From Candidatus Spongiisociaceae bacterium (GTDB lineage Bacteria > Actinomycetota > Acidimicrobiia > Spongiisociales > Spongiisociaceae): 64,000 nt of DNA. The position numbers were made by a program, and so were the translations under genes. The notes under the pieces are model-generated. The model did no database searches and had not been told where the DNA came from. It was given only the letters and a program-made list of their open reading frames with translations. Positions 19,581 to 30,930 of the stretch are shown here, in pieces (within the stretch, counting starts at the first letter, position 1; the number at the start of each line of letters is the position of its first letter). Location: positions 3,936,001 to 4,000,000 of the forward strand of contig OZ253564.1 of the NCBI GenBank assembly GCA_965262915.1. Reading direction: 5' to 3'.

Positions 19581-20768
19581 CTAGTCGGAGAGGGTCGGCT
19601 CAGCCGTCATGATGGGGTATGACATAGGGGATGATTCGTCGGCTGTCTTGCTGAGTGGGTCCCAGTGGTGGGCGGTGTCCCAATAGTGCTGGGCGGCAAC
19701 TTGCAAGTCGTCTAGCAACTCCGGGAGGTCGAGGTCGGGGATTACCCGGTTGCTCATGACGATCTTTCCGTCGACGAGCACGGTTTCCACGTCGTCTCCT
19801 ATACCGCAGTCCACCAGGGCGCTGATCGGGTCTCGGATGACGCCATAGCGGAGACTGTCGGGCGCCCGCAGCCCGATGACCACGATATCGGCTTTGGCGC
19901 CGGGAGCGATACGGCCCAGGTCGTCACGGCCCAAGGCTCGAGCACCGCCCAGGGTTGCCGCTTCGAACACTTCTCCTGCGGTGGCAGCGGCGAAGTCTCG
20001 CTCCATGATCTTTCCAACATACGAGGCCATCCTCATCTGCATGATCAGGTCGCGGGGATAGGTGTCGGCGCCGAGGGCGATGTTGACCCCGGCTTTCTTG
20101 TATTTGGTGAACGAGTCGAGGAACCGTCCCCTCCTGAACAGGTTGACCGGGGAGTGGGAAACGGAGGTTCCGGTGCCCCCCAGGATCTCGAGGTCCCTAC
20201 CACCGGCCCAGTTGGTCAACGGGTTCTCTGCAACCAGTTGGCCGTGACCGATGATCACTTCAGGCCCGAGCAGCCCGACTCGTTCGAGCAGTTCGATGGG
20301 GGTACACCCGTGGCGTTCCACGATGTATTGCCATTCCAGGGGACTGTATGCGGCGTGGGTCTGCACCGGTACACCGAGCTCCTCCTTGAGCGCTACCGTC
20401 TTCTCGAGCAGCGGCACCGAGCAGTACTCCAGTTCCTCAGGAACGAGGATTCCCCGGATGCGGCCGTCGGCGGCGCCGTCGTACTCCTTGATGAACTCCA
20501 CCGCCTCGCGCAGTTCACCCTCACCGTCGTCCTTGGTCGGTACCCGCCGCCAGCGGCCATCCTCGGTACCCTCGAATACCTCGGATTCGTAACCGGGGCT
20601 CAGATACGCCCGGGATCCCATCTCCTCGACCACAGCCGCAGTCGGAGTCACGCGTTCCTTAGCACTGCCGACATCGACGAACGTCGTCACCCCATTCCGA
20701 AGCAACTCGGTCACGACGAACCGCGCCGTCAGCAGATCAGCCTCGCGGTCACGATCCTTCCGATCATG
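19581..20768 (-). pseudogene. 5'-truncated amidohydrolase (chlorohydrolase/deaminase-like)
   Basis: ELLRNGVTT, LGADT and GAKAD are present but the N-terminal HxH region is missing. In-frame TAG at 20769-20771, with unrelated sequence beyond it. Confidence 0.75.
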
Positions 20769-21253
20769 CTACGCGAGCACCCGTCGGAGTAGCCGCAGAC
20801 GCTGTTCAATCGCTGAAACGTTCGGCTCCTCGTCAGGAACGCCGCGTATACGCGTATATAGGTGCGAAAGGTCTGGAGTTCTCCCGAGAACCCGACACTT
20901 GGTCTGTGCGACTCGGTGATGATGAATAGTCGTCCTCCCACTCCTCCAATGGCTGGTGTCCGATGGTGGAGCGAATCCGGTCCGGGGGTTGAGGGTGATC
21001 GAAAACCACGAGCCAACCCCCCATCTCTCGACTGACCACGCGTCCTCAACATCCTTCCGACACCGGCATTCCATCATGTGGAGATGATTCTTGAACAGAA
21101 CCCCTTTCTGCTACCTTCACGCGCCATGTATGTCGACGGATCGGGCCCCTCGGATCAAGCTGGGCATATAGGGCTGCGAGTACCCGCGGGTGCGTCACGT
21201 TCTCTTCCAGAGCCGCCGATCCCTCCGCCGTTCAGGAGTTCTAAGGGGGAACA

Positions 21254-23662
21254 GTGACCACCACGAGTACCCTTCGTCATGTCGGTAAGCCATACCTGGG
21301 TCTCACCAACCGAGAGCTAGCCGCCGGGAAAGGCCTGTTCGTCTCCGACATCGTCCTCCCTGGCATGGCCCACCTGGCGATCCTGAGAAGCCCTCACGCG
21401 GCCGCACGCATCGTTTCGATCGACACTTCCGCAGCCGAGGAACTCGACGGCGTGGTGTACGTGATGACCGGGGATGAGGCGAAAGCCCAGATGCGCCCGA
21501 TCCCCGAAGCGTGGAACACCAAGGAGATCGGCGCCAAGGGCGTCGACTGGTACGCGCTAGCGCCGGACCGGGTCCGTTACGTGGGCGAAGCAGTAGCTGC
21601 GGTTGTCGCCGAGTCGAAGAACACCGCTTTCGAAGCGGTCGAACTGATCGATGTCACGTACGAGGTGCTGCCCGCCGTGACCGACCCGCGAGCAGCCCTC
21701 GCAGAGGATTCGGTGCTGGTCGAGCCCGAGTGGGGCGACAACCTCCTGATCACGAGGGACTGGCGCACCGGCGACATGGAAGGTGCTTTCGAGCGCGCCG
21801 AGCGAATCATCGAAGGCGAAGTCCGGTCTGAACGGATAACCGGTGTTTCGATAGAACCGAGAGGCTCGGTTGCCCAGTACGACATCTACCAAGACAAGCT
21901 GACGCTCTGGGAATCGACCCAGAACCCCCACCCGCTGAGAACCTTCCTCGCCGAGACGCTAGGCATCCCCGAGAGGACCATACACGTGATCCAGCCCAAC
22001 GTCGGGGGCGCGTTCGGGCTCAAGCAGCCGCCCTTCCAAGAGCAACCCCTCATCGCATATCTGGCGCGAAAGCTCGGTCGGCCCATCAAATGGATCGAGG
22101 GACGGGACGAGAACTTCGCAACCACCGGCCATTCCCGCGACGTGGGGTTCCACTACCGGGCGGCGTTCGACAGTGAAGGCATCGTCAGCGGCCTCGACAT
22201 CGAGGTGGTGGCGGATGTAGGCGCGCCGACCGCCCTCCTGGGCTGGGGCCAGTCGTTCGTCACCGCCTACTGCTTGCCCACGGTGTACCGCGTCCCCAAC
22301 AACCGCATCCAACTGTCGGTCGTGGTCACCAACAAGACACCGTGGAATGCCTACCGGGGATTCGGAAAGGACTCCGCCACCTTCCTCATGGAGCGGATCA
22401 TCGATCGCGTGGCCCGCGAAACCGGTCTCGATCGCGCAACCGTCCGCTATCGCAACTTCATCCAGCCGGACGAGTTCCCGTACTCGCAACCATCCGGAGC
22501 CATGCTCGACAGCGGCAACTATCCGGGAACCCTGGACAAGGTTCTCGCGATGGTCGGCTGGGACGACTTCCCGGACATGCAGCGCCGGGCGCGCGAGGAG
22601 GGTCGCTACATCGGAATCGGTCTCAGCCACGAACTGACCCCCGAGGGTTGCGCGATGCCCGGGGCGGTGCTGATCTCGGCCTATGAAGGAGCCACCGTGC
22701 GAGTCGCCCCGTCGGGCGACGTCACGGTCCTCACCGGCATCACCTCACCCGGTTGCGGCAACGAGACTGCAATGGCCCAGATCGCCGCCGAATTCCTGGG
22801 CTGCGAGATCGAGCACATCAAGGTAATCCAAGGCGACACGGAATCCTGTCCCTACGGTCTGGGTAACTTCAGCTCCAGAGCCACCATGTACGGCGGCTCG
22901 GCCGTGCAAGCCGCCGCCACGGAATTGCGCGAGAAGATGTTCCGCATCGCCGGCAAGATGCTGGAGGCCGCGCCCGAGGACCTCGATGCCGCGCACGGCA
23001 AGATCTTCGTGCTGGGGGCGGAGAGCCGCAATGTCGGTTTCGCGGACGTCGCCAACCAGGTCTACCGCCACACCTTCGGACAGTACGCCGACGAGGAGGA
23101 ACCCGGACTCGAATCGACTCGCTATTTCAGGATGGGGAACGTCTACCACCAACCCGAGAAGCAGGGCCGTTTCAGCAACTACCCGGCTTGGCCCAGCGGG
23201 AGCGCAGCGTGCATCATCGAGGTTGACCCGGATACCGGAGCGGTAAAGGTCCTGCGATTCTGCCTGGTGGACGATGCGGGCACGGTTATCAACCCCCTAC
23301 TCGTAACGGCGAACCTGCACGGATCCCTGGCCCAGGGCATCGGCGGGTCCATGTACGAACAACTGGCCTACGACTCCAACGGGCAGTTGCTGACAGCGAC
23401 ATTGATGGACTACACCATTCCGACCGCGGTCGAGATGCCCAGGTTCGAGATCGAGCACCAGGAAACCCCCTCACCCTTCACCCCGCTAGGAATGAAGGGT
23501 GTGGGTGAATCCGGTATCGGCGTGTGCCTGAACGCATTGTGCAGCGCCATCGAGAACGCCTTTCCCGAACTCGACCTGGAGATCAACGAGTTGATCCTGA
23601 CACCGGGCCGGGTCTGGCACGCCATCAACGAATCACGACGACGCCTGGGGGTCACGCTTTGA
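21254..23662 (+). CDS. Xanthine dehydrogenase family molybdopterin-binding large subunit (CoxL-like)
   Basis: RSPHAAA, VGGAFGLK, AYRGFG and KGVGE motifs. Confidence 0.93.
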   Translation: MTTTSTLRHVGKPYLGLTNRELAAGKGLFVSDIVLPGMAHLAILRSPHAAARIVSIDTSAAEELDGVVYVMTGDEAKAQMRPIPEAWNTKEIGAKGVDWYALAPDRVRYVGEAVAAVVAESKNTAFEAVELIDVTYEVLPAVTDPRAALAEDSVLVEPEWGDNLLITRDWRTGDMEGAFERAERIIEGEVRSERITGVSIEPRGSVAQYDIYQDKLTLWESTQNPHPLRTFLAETLGIPERTIHVIQPNVGGAFGLKQPPFQEQPLIAYLARKLGRPIKWIEGRDENFATTGHSRDVGFHYRAAFDSEGIVSGLDIEVVADVGAPTALLGWGQSFVTAYCLPTVYRVPNNRIQLSVVVTNKTPWNAYRGFGKDSATFLMERIIDRVARETGLDRATVRYRNFIQPDEFPYSQPSGAMLDSGNYPGTLDKVLAMVGWDDFPDMQRRAREEGRYIGIGLSHELTPEGCAMPGAVLISAYEGATVRVAPSGDVTVLTGITSPGCGNETAMAQIAAEFLGCEIEHIKVIQGDTESCPYGLGNFSSRATMYGGSAVQAAATELREKMFRIAGKMLEAAPEDLDAAHGKIFVLGAESRNVGFADVANQVYRHTFGQYADEEEPGLESTRYFRMGNVYHQPEKQGRFSNYPAWPSGSAACIIEVDPDTGAVKVLRFCLVDDAGTVINPLLVTANLHGSLAQGIGGSMYEQLAYDSNGQLLTATLMDYTIPTAVEMPRFEIEHQETPSPFTPLGMKGVGESGIGVCLNALCSAIENAFPELDLEINELILTPGRVWHAINESRRRLGVTL

Positions 23663-24504
23663 TCACGCGGGAACTGGAACTGCTGAGACCGAAGACCAGC
23701 GCAGAGGCGGTGGCGCTGCTCGCCGAACGGGGCGAGGACATCACCGTCCTGGCAGGAGGCATGAGCCTCGTTCCGATGATGAACCTGGGAATCGTGCAGC
23801 CTGACGTCGTCATGTCGCTCAACCACATCACCGACCTCGTCGGCGTAACCTACGAGGGCGAGCTCCGGATCGGCGCCATGGTCCGTCACCGGGAGGTGAA
23901 GGAAAACGAGCTCATCAGAACCCACGCTCCGATGATGTCCGCGGCTGCCGGCCTGGTCGGGGACGTGCAGGTAAGGAATCGCGGGACCATCGCGGGGAGC
24001 CTCTGCCATGCCGATCCTGCCGGCGAGTACTCGCCGGTGGCTGTGGTCTCGGGCGCCGATATCGAGTTGGCCAGCAGCGCCGGGACCCGCCGGATGCCCG
24101 CGGACGAGTTTCTTATCGATCTCATGTTCACCGCCCGCGAGTTGGACGAACTCGTCACCGCCGTCATAGTGCCCAGCCAGCCCGCCGGCGCGGGTTCCGG
24201 ATACGTACGTTTTGCCCGGGTAGAGGGCAGCTTCGCTATCGTCAACGCAGCCGCTCTGATCGCGCCCGGCTTCCGGTCGACGAAGGTAGCCATCGGCGGA
24301 GTGGGAGCCACGCCGGTAGTGGTCGATGCCTCGGACACCTTCGCCAACGGTCCCGAACCCGCCGCCTTCGAAGAACTGGCCACGAGAGCATACGAGGCCG
24401 CTGAGTATGCCTCATCGGACATCCACTCCGATGCCGAGTACCGGCGGCACATGGCGGGCGTGTTCGCCAACCGAGCGGTCCAGCAAGCCATCACGAGCAT
24501 GTGA
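23659..24504 (+). CDS. Molybdenum hydroxylase FAD-binding medium subunit (CoxM-like)
   Basis: LAGGMSL and RNRGTIAGSLCHADP motifs; TTGA overlap with the upstream gene. Confidence 0.9.
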   Translation: MITRELELLRPKTSAEAVALLAERGEDITVLAGGMSLVPMMNLGIVQPDVVMSLNHITDLVGVTYEGELRIGAMVRHREVKENELIRTHAPMMSAAAGLVGDVQVRNRGTIAGSLCHADPAGEYSPVAVVSGADIELASSAGTRRMPADEFLIDLMFTARELDELVTAVIVPSQPAGAGSGYVRFARVEGSFAIVNAAALIAPGFRSTKVAIGGVGATPVVVDASDTFANGPEPAAFEELATRAYEAAEYASSDIHSDAEYRRHMAGVFANRAVQQAITSM

Positions 24505-24520
24505 TCGAGGTGAATGAGTC

Positions 24521-25009
24521 ATGAACACCCGGATCAGCCTGAAGGTAAACGGTAAGCACGCAACCGTCGACATCGACACTCGGACGATCCTGGTCGACAT
24601 GATTCGGGACGAGTTGCGACTTACCGGTTCCCACGTCGGTTGCGCGACCGGCAACTGCGGGGCATGCACGGTGCTCCTCAACGGCAAGACCGTCAAGTCG
24701 TGCTGCGTGCTGGCCGCCGACGCCCACGGCCAAGAGGTGCAAACCATCGAGTCCTTGAGTTCCGGTCCCAATGATCTGCATCCCATCCAGGAGGCGTACA
24801 TCGATAATCAGGGGTTGCAGTGCGGCTTCTGCACCCCGGGAATGATCCTGTCAACCCTCGTCCTCCTGCAGGAGAATCCCGATCCGAGCGAGTCCGAGAT
24901 ACGTCACGGAATAGCAGGTAATCTCTGCCGCTGTACGGGGTACCACTTCATCGTCGACTCGATCGAGGACGCCGCGGCCCGCCTACGTTCGGGGGCGGAG
25001 GCTCCGTGA
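24521..25009 (+). CDS. Molybdenum hydroxylase [2Fe-2S] small subunit (CoxS-like)
   Basis: [15 protein letters not shown] and NLCRCTGY motifs. Confidence 0.95.
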   Translation: MNTRISLKVNGKHATVDIDTRTILVDMIRDELRLTGSHVGCATGNCGACTVLLNGKTVKSCCVLAADAHGQEVQTIESLSSGPNDLHPIQEAYIDNQGLQCGFCTPGMILSTLVLLQENPDPSESEIRHGIAGNLCRCTGYHFIVDSIEDAAARLRSGAEAP

Positions 25010-25093
25010 TCGGGCAACGCCACCGGGTAGGACAGGGAGTCCTGCCCCACCCGGGATGATGGCGCCCTCAAGAACCAAGCACAACGATCCGGA

Positions 25094-26350
25094 GTGAAAG
25101 TGACAAAGTACTGGCATCCGTTCGCAGATATGCGAGCCATCACCCGAGGTTCGGAACTCGTCCTCGACCGGACCGAGGGCTATTACGTCTACGACACCGA
25201 CGGCCGCCGCTACCTCGACGCCACAGCGAGCCTCTGGTATTGCAACGTCGGCCACGGTCGCACCGAGATTGCACGGGCCGCGTTCGAGCAGATGCAGCAG
25301 CTCGAGGCCTACTCGACCTTCGGCGACCTGACCAACCGGCCCGTGATGGCGCTGACGGACCGGCTCGCCCAGATCGCTCCGGTCCCGGACAGCGTGTCCT
25401 TCCTGACCAGCGGGGGCTCGGATTCGATCGACACCGCCGTCAAGCTGGCCCGCCTTTACCACAAGGTCATGGGCGAACCGCAGCGAACCTATGTGCTGAG
25501 CAGGTTCAGGGCGTACCACGGCATGCACACGGCCGGGACCAGCGTGGCCGGCATTGCGGCCAACCTGGACGGGTACGGACCGCTCCTGTCCAAGACCCGG
25601 GTGGTCGGCTGGGATTCGCACGACGACCTCGTCGAAGCTCTTGACGAGTTGGGTCCGGAGAACGTTGCCGCCTTCGTGTGCGAACCCGTGATCGGGGCAG
25701 GCGGCGTCCTCGCCCCTCCCCCCGGCTACCTCGAGAAGGTCCGCGGTATCTGCCGCGACTCAGGGGTGCTCTTCATAGCCGATGAGGTGATAACAGGCTT
25801 CGGTAGGACCGGAGCATGGTTCGCGAGTGAGCGATGGAACCTGACCCCGGACCTCATCACCTGCGCCAAGGGAATAACGTCCGGCTACCTGCCGCTCGGT
25901 GCGGTGATCGTCTCCCCGTGGATCGCCGAACCGTGGTTCGAAGGAAGTGCCGGCATGTGGCGGCACGGCTACACGTACTCGGGACATGCCACGGTTGCCG
26001 CAGCGGCAAACGCCAACCTCGACATCATGGAACGCGAGGGTCTGGTACGGGCGGCGGTGCGACTGGAGGCCAGTCTGGCGACCGGGCTCACCCCCCTATC
26101 GAACCACCATCTCGTCAGCGAGGTACGCGCCGGTGTGGGAGCGTTGGCCGCCGTACAGTTGTCCTCGGAAGCGGTGGATGAGGATCCCGGGCTGCCCAAC
26201 AGGCTCGTTGGTGCGTTGCGCGAGCACGGAATCCTAACCCGGATGCTGTTCGGCGATGCCGTACAGGTGTCACCACCGCTCACCCTTGACGACGCCGGTG
26301 TCAAGGAACTCGCCGACGGAATCCGCGGCGCCTTGGACGCTGTGGGCTGA
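25094..26350 (+). CDS. Class III PLP aminotransferase (omega-amine transaminase)
   Basis: YHG, DEVITGFGR, AKG and HGYTYSGH motifs. Confidence 0.92.
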   Translation: MKVTKYWHPFADMRAITRGSELVLDRTEGYYVYDTDGRRYLDATASLWYCNVGHGRTEIARAAFEQMQQLEAYSTFGDLTNRPVMALTDRLAQIAPVPDSVSFLTSGGSDSIDTAVKLARLYHKVMGEPQRTYVLSRFRAYHGMHTAGTSVAGIAANLDGYGPLLSKTRVVGWDSHDDLVEALDELGPENVAAFVCEPVIGAGGVLAPPPGYLEKVRGICRDSGVLFIADEVITGFGRTGAWFASERWNLTPDLITCAKGITSGYLPLGAVIVSPWIAEPWFEGSAGMWRHGYTYSGHATVAAAANANLDIMEREGLVRAAVRLEASLATGLTPLSNHHLVSEVRAGVGALAAVQLSSEAVDEDPGLPNRLVGALREHGILTRMLFGDAVQVSPPLTLDDAGVKELADGIRGALDAVG

Positions 26351-26464
26351 AAGATGTGCCCGACCGGGGGCACGACCCCGAGGCCGTCCCATAAGTGTCC
26401 GATCGGTCAAGCGATCAAGTTTGCCGTAACCAGATAGACAAGCAGAACAGGAGATCAAGATTCA

Positions 26465-27871
26465 ATGAGCAAGTTCGATCTGGTAATCCACGGGGGAACC
26501 CTGGTTTTCACCGATGAGGCTGTTCCCGGCGATATCGGGGTCAGAGACGGGAAGATCGCCGCAATCGCCGCGCCCGGGATGCTCGGCAACGGTACCCGGA
26601 CCATCGATGCCACCGACCTGCATATCTTTCCGGGTGCCGTAGATCCTCACGTCCACCTCCAGACCTTCCAGAGCCCGTTCGATGTGAACGTGAAGACCGA
26701 AACCCGGAATGCCGCCATCGGTGGATGCACGACCATGGTCCCGACTCTCCTCAACCGGGAGGATGCCTCGGTTTCGTTCCTCGACTACTACCCCTGGGCG
26801 CTGGAAGCCGTCCAGCGTGATTCCATCATCGATGCCGGTTTCAGTGCCGTGATAGGAACTGATCAGCAGATCGAAGAGCTACCGGCGATGGCTTACGACT
26901 GCGGCATAACGTCCTACAAGTTCTACATGGCCTACACCCAGGACGAGGCGTCGGTGTTCGGCATCCTGGCGGTCGACGATGCACAGTTCCTGGCCGGCCT
27001 CCGGCAGGTGGCGGCCATCGGCAAGCCCGCGATCGCCATGGTGCATGCGGAGAACATGTCCATCATCCACAACCTGAAGGCCAAGTACATAGCCGCCGGA
27101 CGCGACGACCTCAAGGCATGGACCGACGCCCGCCCCGACATCGCCGAGGAGGAAGCCACCCGCCGGGCGATCTGGTACACCAAGGAAACCGGCTCCCAGC
27201 TCTACATCGTCCACATGACGATCGGCCGCGGAGTCGACTGGGTCCGCCAGGCAAAGGCCGAAGGCGTTGACGTGATCGCCGAAACCTGCCCGCACTACCT
27301 GGTACTGACCAAGTACGACAACGACAAGGTGGGAAGCCTGGCCAAGGTGAACCCGCCGCTGCGCGACGCCGAGAGCCAGGAGAAACTCTGGGAGGGTCTC
27401 CGCGACGGCACCGTAACGTGTGTCGGTTCCGACCATTCGACGGTGGTCGCCAAGCCGGACAAGGTCAACACCAGCATATGGGACGCCGTGCCGGGTTTCC
27501 CCGGGATGGGGATGCTGCTGCCCGTCATGCTCAGCGAGGGCTACCACAAGGGCCGTATCTCGTTGCCGGACGTCTCCCGGATCCTGGGCCTGCAGAACGC
27601 CGAGGTATGGGGTCTCTACCCCAAGAAGGGTGTCCTCCGGGTCGGCTCCGACGCCGACTTCGCCATCGTCGACCTCGATCAGGAGCGGGTGGTAACGCCC
27701 GAGTACATGCAGTCGGCGGCCAACTGGGGCCTGTACGACGGTTGGAACCTGAAGGGGTGGCCGACCCAGACCATCGTGAGAGGCACCGTCGTCATGGACT
27801 CCGGCGAGATTGTCGGCGACCCATCGTACGGTCAGTACATCCCGAGGTATCCGTACGACAAGACAAGCTAG
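26465..27871 (+). CDS. Cyclic amidohydrolase, dihydropyrimidinase/hydantoinase/allantoinase family
   Basis: DPHVH, carboxylated-Lys motif YKFYMAY, HAEN, ETCPHYL, NPPLR and SDH. Confidence 0.9.
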   Translation: MSKFDLVIHGGTLVFTDEAVPGDIGVRDGKIAAIAAPGMLGNGTRTIDATDLHIFPGAVDPHVHLQTFQSPFDVNVKTETRNAAIGGCTTMVPTLLNREDASVSFLDYYPWALEAVQRDSIIDAGFSAVIGTDQQIEELPAMAYDCGITSYKFYMAYTQDEASVFGILAVDDAQFLAGLRQVAAIGKPAIAMVHAENMSIIHNLKAKYIAAGRDDLKAWTDARPDIAEEEATRRAIWYTKETGSQLYIVHMTIGRGVDWVRQAKAEGVDVIAETCPHYLVLTKYDNDKVGSLAKVNPPLRDAESQEKLWEGLRDGTVTCVGSDHSTVVAKPDKVNTSIWDAVPGFPGMGMLLPVMLSEGYHKGRISLPDVSRILGLQNAEVWGLYPKKGVLRVGSDADFAIVDLDQERVVTPEYMQSAANWGLYDGWNLKGWPTQTIVRGTVVMDSGEIVGDPSYGQYIPRYPYDKTS

Positions 27872-27943
27872 TGGTCTGAGGTAACCACCTGAGACTGCTC
27901 GGTGTGCCTCACCCATCCGGAAACGCCTACTGAAGATCGAGCG

Positions 27944-28855
27944 ATGAACCCAGAAACCTATCCCGGGGCTGGTTCCTGGCCGGTACGCCGCTGGTTCGCG
28001 GACGTTGTTGACGTGGAGCGGCAATTGGCCGCCCACGACTACCTGGCCGATCGAGGGTTGGCGACCGCGGTATTCCTCGCCACGTCCCTGAACCTACCCC
28101 TGCTGCTCGAAGGGGAGGTAGGGGTGGGCAAGACCGAGGTGGCTAAGGCGGTCGCCCAAGCCCTGGACCGCCGGGTCGTGCGCCTCCAGTGTTATGAAGG
28201 TATCGACTCGAGCCAGGCGCTGTACGAATGGGACTACCCCCGCCAGCTTCTGTATCTCCGAGCGGTGGGAGACACCAGATCCGATAAGGAGAATGTTGTC
28301 GAAGATCTGTACGGGCCCCGCTTCCTGAACGAGCGTCCGCTGCTCGAGGCCATACGAACCGGTTCGGGAGCGGTGCTGCTCATCGACGAGATCGACCGAG
28401 CCGATGACGAGTTCGAGGCGTTCCTGCTCGAGGTTCTGGCCGACTTCCAGATCTCGATCCCTGAGATCGGCGCCATCCGAGCCGAGCAACCTCCCATCGT
28501 GGTGCTGACCACCAACCGGACACGTGAGCTCCACGATGCTCTCAAGCGACGCTGCCTGTATCACTGGATCGATTACCCGGATCTGGATCGCGAGATGGCG
28601 ATCGTGCGCGCCCGGGTTCCAGAACTCCCAGAGGATCTGGCCCGGCGGATCGTCGAAGCGGTCCACCGTTTCCGGCGGCTCGACCTGATCAAGCTGCCGG
28701 GTATCGCCGAGACCATCAACTGGGCCCTAACGCTCGACCTTCTAGGGGTCGACCAGCTCGAGCCCGATCCGGTGGCACCGACCCTCGGCGCCCTGCTCAA
28801 GGAGAGAGAGGACATCGACCGGGTGAAGCCTCTCCTCGAAGAGATACTCGATTGA
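27944..28855 (+). CDS. MoxR-family AAA+ ATPase, CoxD-like
   Basis: LLEGEVGVGKT, LQCYEG, LIDEID and DALKRRC motifs. Confidence 0.92.
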   Translation: MNPETYPGAGSWPVRRWFADVVDVERQLAAHDYLADRGLATAVFLATSLNLPLLLEGEVGVGKTEVAKAVAQALDRRVVRLQCYEGIDSSQALYEWDYPRQLLYLRAVGDTRSDKENVVEDLYGPRFLNERPLLEAIRTGSGAVLLIDEIDRADDEFEAFLLEVLADFQISIPEIGAIRAEQPPIVVLTTNRTRELHDALKRRCLYHWIDYPDLDREMAIVRARVPELPEDLARRIVEAVHRFRRLDLIKLPGIAETINWALTLDLLGVDQLEPDPVAPTLGALLKEREDIDRVKPLLEEILD

Positions 28856-30033
28856 TCCCACCTGCCGCTGATCCGGCTCAGGTGCTGGTTTCCTTCGGTC
28901 ACGCGCTTCGTGATCAGGGCATAAGCGTGAGCCCTGCCGAGATCGTGACGTTCTGCAGGGCTGTATCCGTGCTCGGCGCCGATCACCTGGATGATGTCTA
29001 CTGGTCCGGGAGAACGTGCCTGGTTTCCGAGCACGCCGACATCCCAGCTTACGACGTCGCCTTCGCCTCGTTCTTCCTCGGCTCGGAACCGGAGTTATCG
29101 TCCGAGAGCGGGGAGGAGCCGGACTCCCCACCCGGTGAGGTAGCCACCTCGGATCCGAGCGGGGAGCGGTCTTCGTTCGTCGACTCCGCAGATGTCCACA
29201 CTGGTAGCGGGGAATCAGAGCACGAGGAAGAGCCGGACCCGGGTGCCGTGGCCTCACTCTACGAAACGCTCCGGCACCGATCGTTCTCGGAATGGACCGA
29301 GGAGGAGAAGTCCGCCCTCGCCATGCTCATCGCCCGGATCGAGGTCCGGGTACCGCGCCGATGCACCAGGCGACTACGTCCGGCCCCGACCGGAACCCGG
29401 CTAGATCTGCGCAGAACCGTCCGCAGCGCTCTGCAGAGCGACGGCGAAGTCCTTCGCAGATCGTGGAGGCGGCGCGTCGTCAAATCGAGGCGCATCCTGC
29501 TGTTGGTGGATGTCTCAGGGTCCATGTCCACCCAGTCGAGAGCCATGCTGCACCTCGCCTACGGACTGGTGACAAGTACCTTGAATACCGAAATCTTCTG
29601 CTTCGGCACGAGGCTCACGCGGACCACCGAATTGCTCAGGGGACGCGACCCCGACCGCGCCGTCGATCGGGCTTGCGCCGGGGTGGTCGACTGGGCGGGC
29701 GGTACCAGGATCGGTGACTCGCTCGTGTCGCTCCTCCGGGATCCCATCGCCCTCAGGCAGGTGCGGGGATCAGTGGTTCTGGTCGCATCGGACGGTCTCG
29801 AGACGGGGGATCCCGAGTTGATGGCGAGTCAGGTCGCTCGCCTGTCCCGGCTGGCCTACTCGGTCGTATGGATGAGCCCCCTCAAGGCAGATCCTTCCTA
29901 CCGTCCCCTGACCCGGGGCATGCGGCGCGCCTTCCCCCATCTCGATCATCTGGTAGCTGCGGATTCGTTGAACGATCTCGAGAAAGTCGCCCATCTCCTC
30001 CCGATGCTCGTCTCCGGCATCCGCTCCCCATAG
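28852..30033 (+). CDS. VWA domain protein, CoxE-like
   Basis: MIDAS DVSGSM, FGTRLT, GGTRIG and SDG; coupled to coxD. Confidence 0.9.
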   Translation: MIPPAADPAQVLVSFGHALRDQGISVSPAEIVTFCRAVSVLGADHLDDVYWSGRTCLVSEHADIPAYDVAFASFFLGSEPELSSESGEEPDSPPGEVATSDPSGERSSFVDSADVHTGSGESEHEEEPDPGAVASLYETLRHRSFSEWTEEEKSALAMLIARIEVRVPRRCTRRLRPAPTGTRLDLRRTVRSALQSDGEVLRRSWRRRVVKSRRILLLVDVSGSMSTQSRAMLHLAYGLVTSTLNTEIFCFGTRLTRTTELLRGRDPDRAVDRACAGVVDWAGGTRIGDSLVSLLRDPIALRQVRGSVVLVASDGLETGDPELMASQVARLSRLAYSVVWMSPLKADPSYRPLTRGMRRAFPHLDHLVAADSLNDLEKVAHLLPMLVSGIRSP

Positions 30034-30264
30034 CGGCAAGCAGAAGCCGACTACCGGCAACAGGCTGCGCGCGAGCGCGACCCCTCCGCCGGGTTTCCCT
30101 TAGTTCACGGCATCGGAGGCCCTATCAGCAACGACGAGCCGATCACAGCCGTACGTCCGTGGCTCCGAGGCTGGACGTGGTTTGCAAACGCATTCCTGTG
30201 TCTTCACGAGGCTATCCCCATTGGTTATCACCCGTTGTCGTGCTCCTGACCGACGACGGACCGG

Positions 30265-30930
30265 TCAGTTGTTCGGGTTGGGCGGTTCCGCTGCGCTTCT
30301 GATGATCCCGTCGAGGTCACATGCGACCGTGATGCTGTTTCCGATGGTTCCGGGTCGGCGGGTTACCAGAAACCTACGGTCGGCACCGATCATGTCTGCT
30401 GTCTTGTTGAGCCGGGTCATGATCGCGCGGCTCGGGTTGGTCGTGAGCTTGATCTCGATTGCCCAGATCTCGCGTCCGACCCGTACGACCAGATCGATCT
30501 CACGACCTGACGTCGTGCGGAGATGCCAGGCGTCGAAGTCGCGCCCTGTCTGTGTCAGAGCGGTGAGGATCTGGTCGATGACATGGCCTTCCCAACTTGC
30601 ACCCGCCGTCGGTAGTGAGGCGATGTCGTCGTCGGCGCTCATCCCGAGGAGGCTGTGTAGTAGTCCGCTGTCCCGCCAAAATACCTTGGGTCTTTTGATG
30701 AACTGCTTGGCGGGGTTCGTGCTGTAGGCAGGCAGGCGGCGAATGAGGAAGGCCCCTTCAAGATAGTCAAGATAGTCGTTGACAGTGTGATACGAGAGTC
30801 CGAGCGCTCGACCGATGTCGCTGGCGTTCCACTGTTGCCCGTGACGGGCGGCGAGAAGTCCGAAGAGTCGTCGGGTGGTTTGGGCGCTTGCGGGCAGGCC
30901 CCACGAGGGCAGGTCGCGTTGGGCCAGCAA
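30265..30930 (-). pseudogene. C-terminal half of an AAA_14/DUF4143 ATPase
   Basis: KRPKVFWRDSGL, WEG, EIDLV and AIEIK present; the N-terminal P-loop is absent. Confidence 0.75.

Noticed and set aside
21254-25009. Aerobic CO dehydrogenase (coxLMS with coxDE)
   Set aside because: The large subunit lacks the Cu-binding AYxCSFR loop and the form II AYRGAGR loop.
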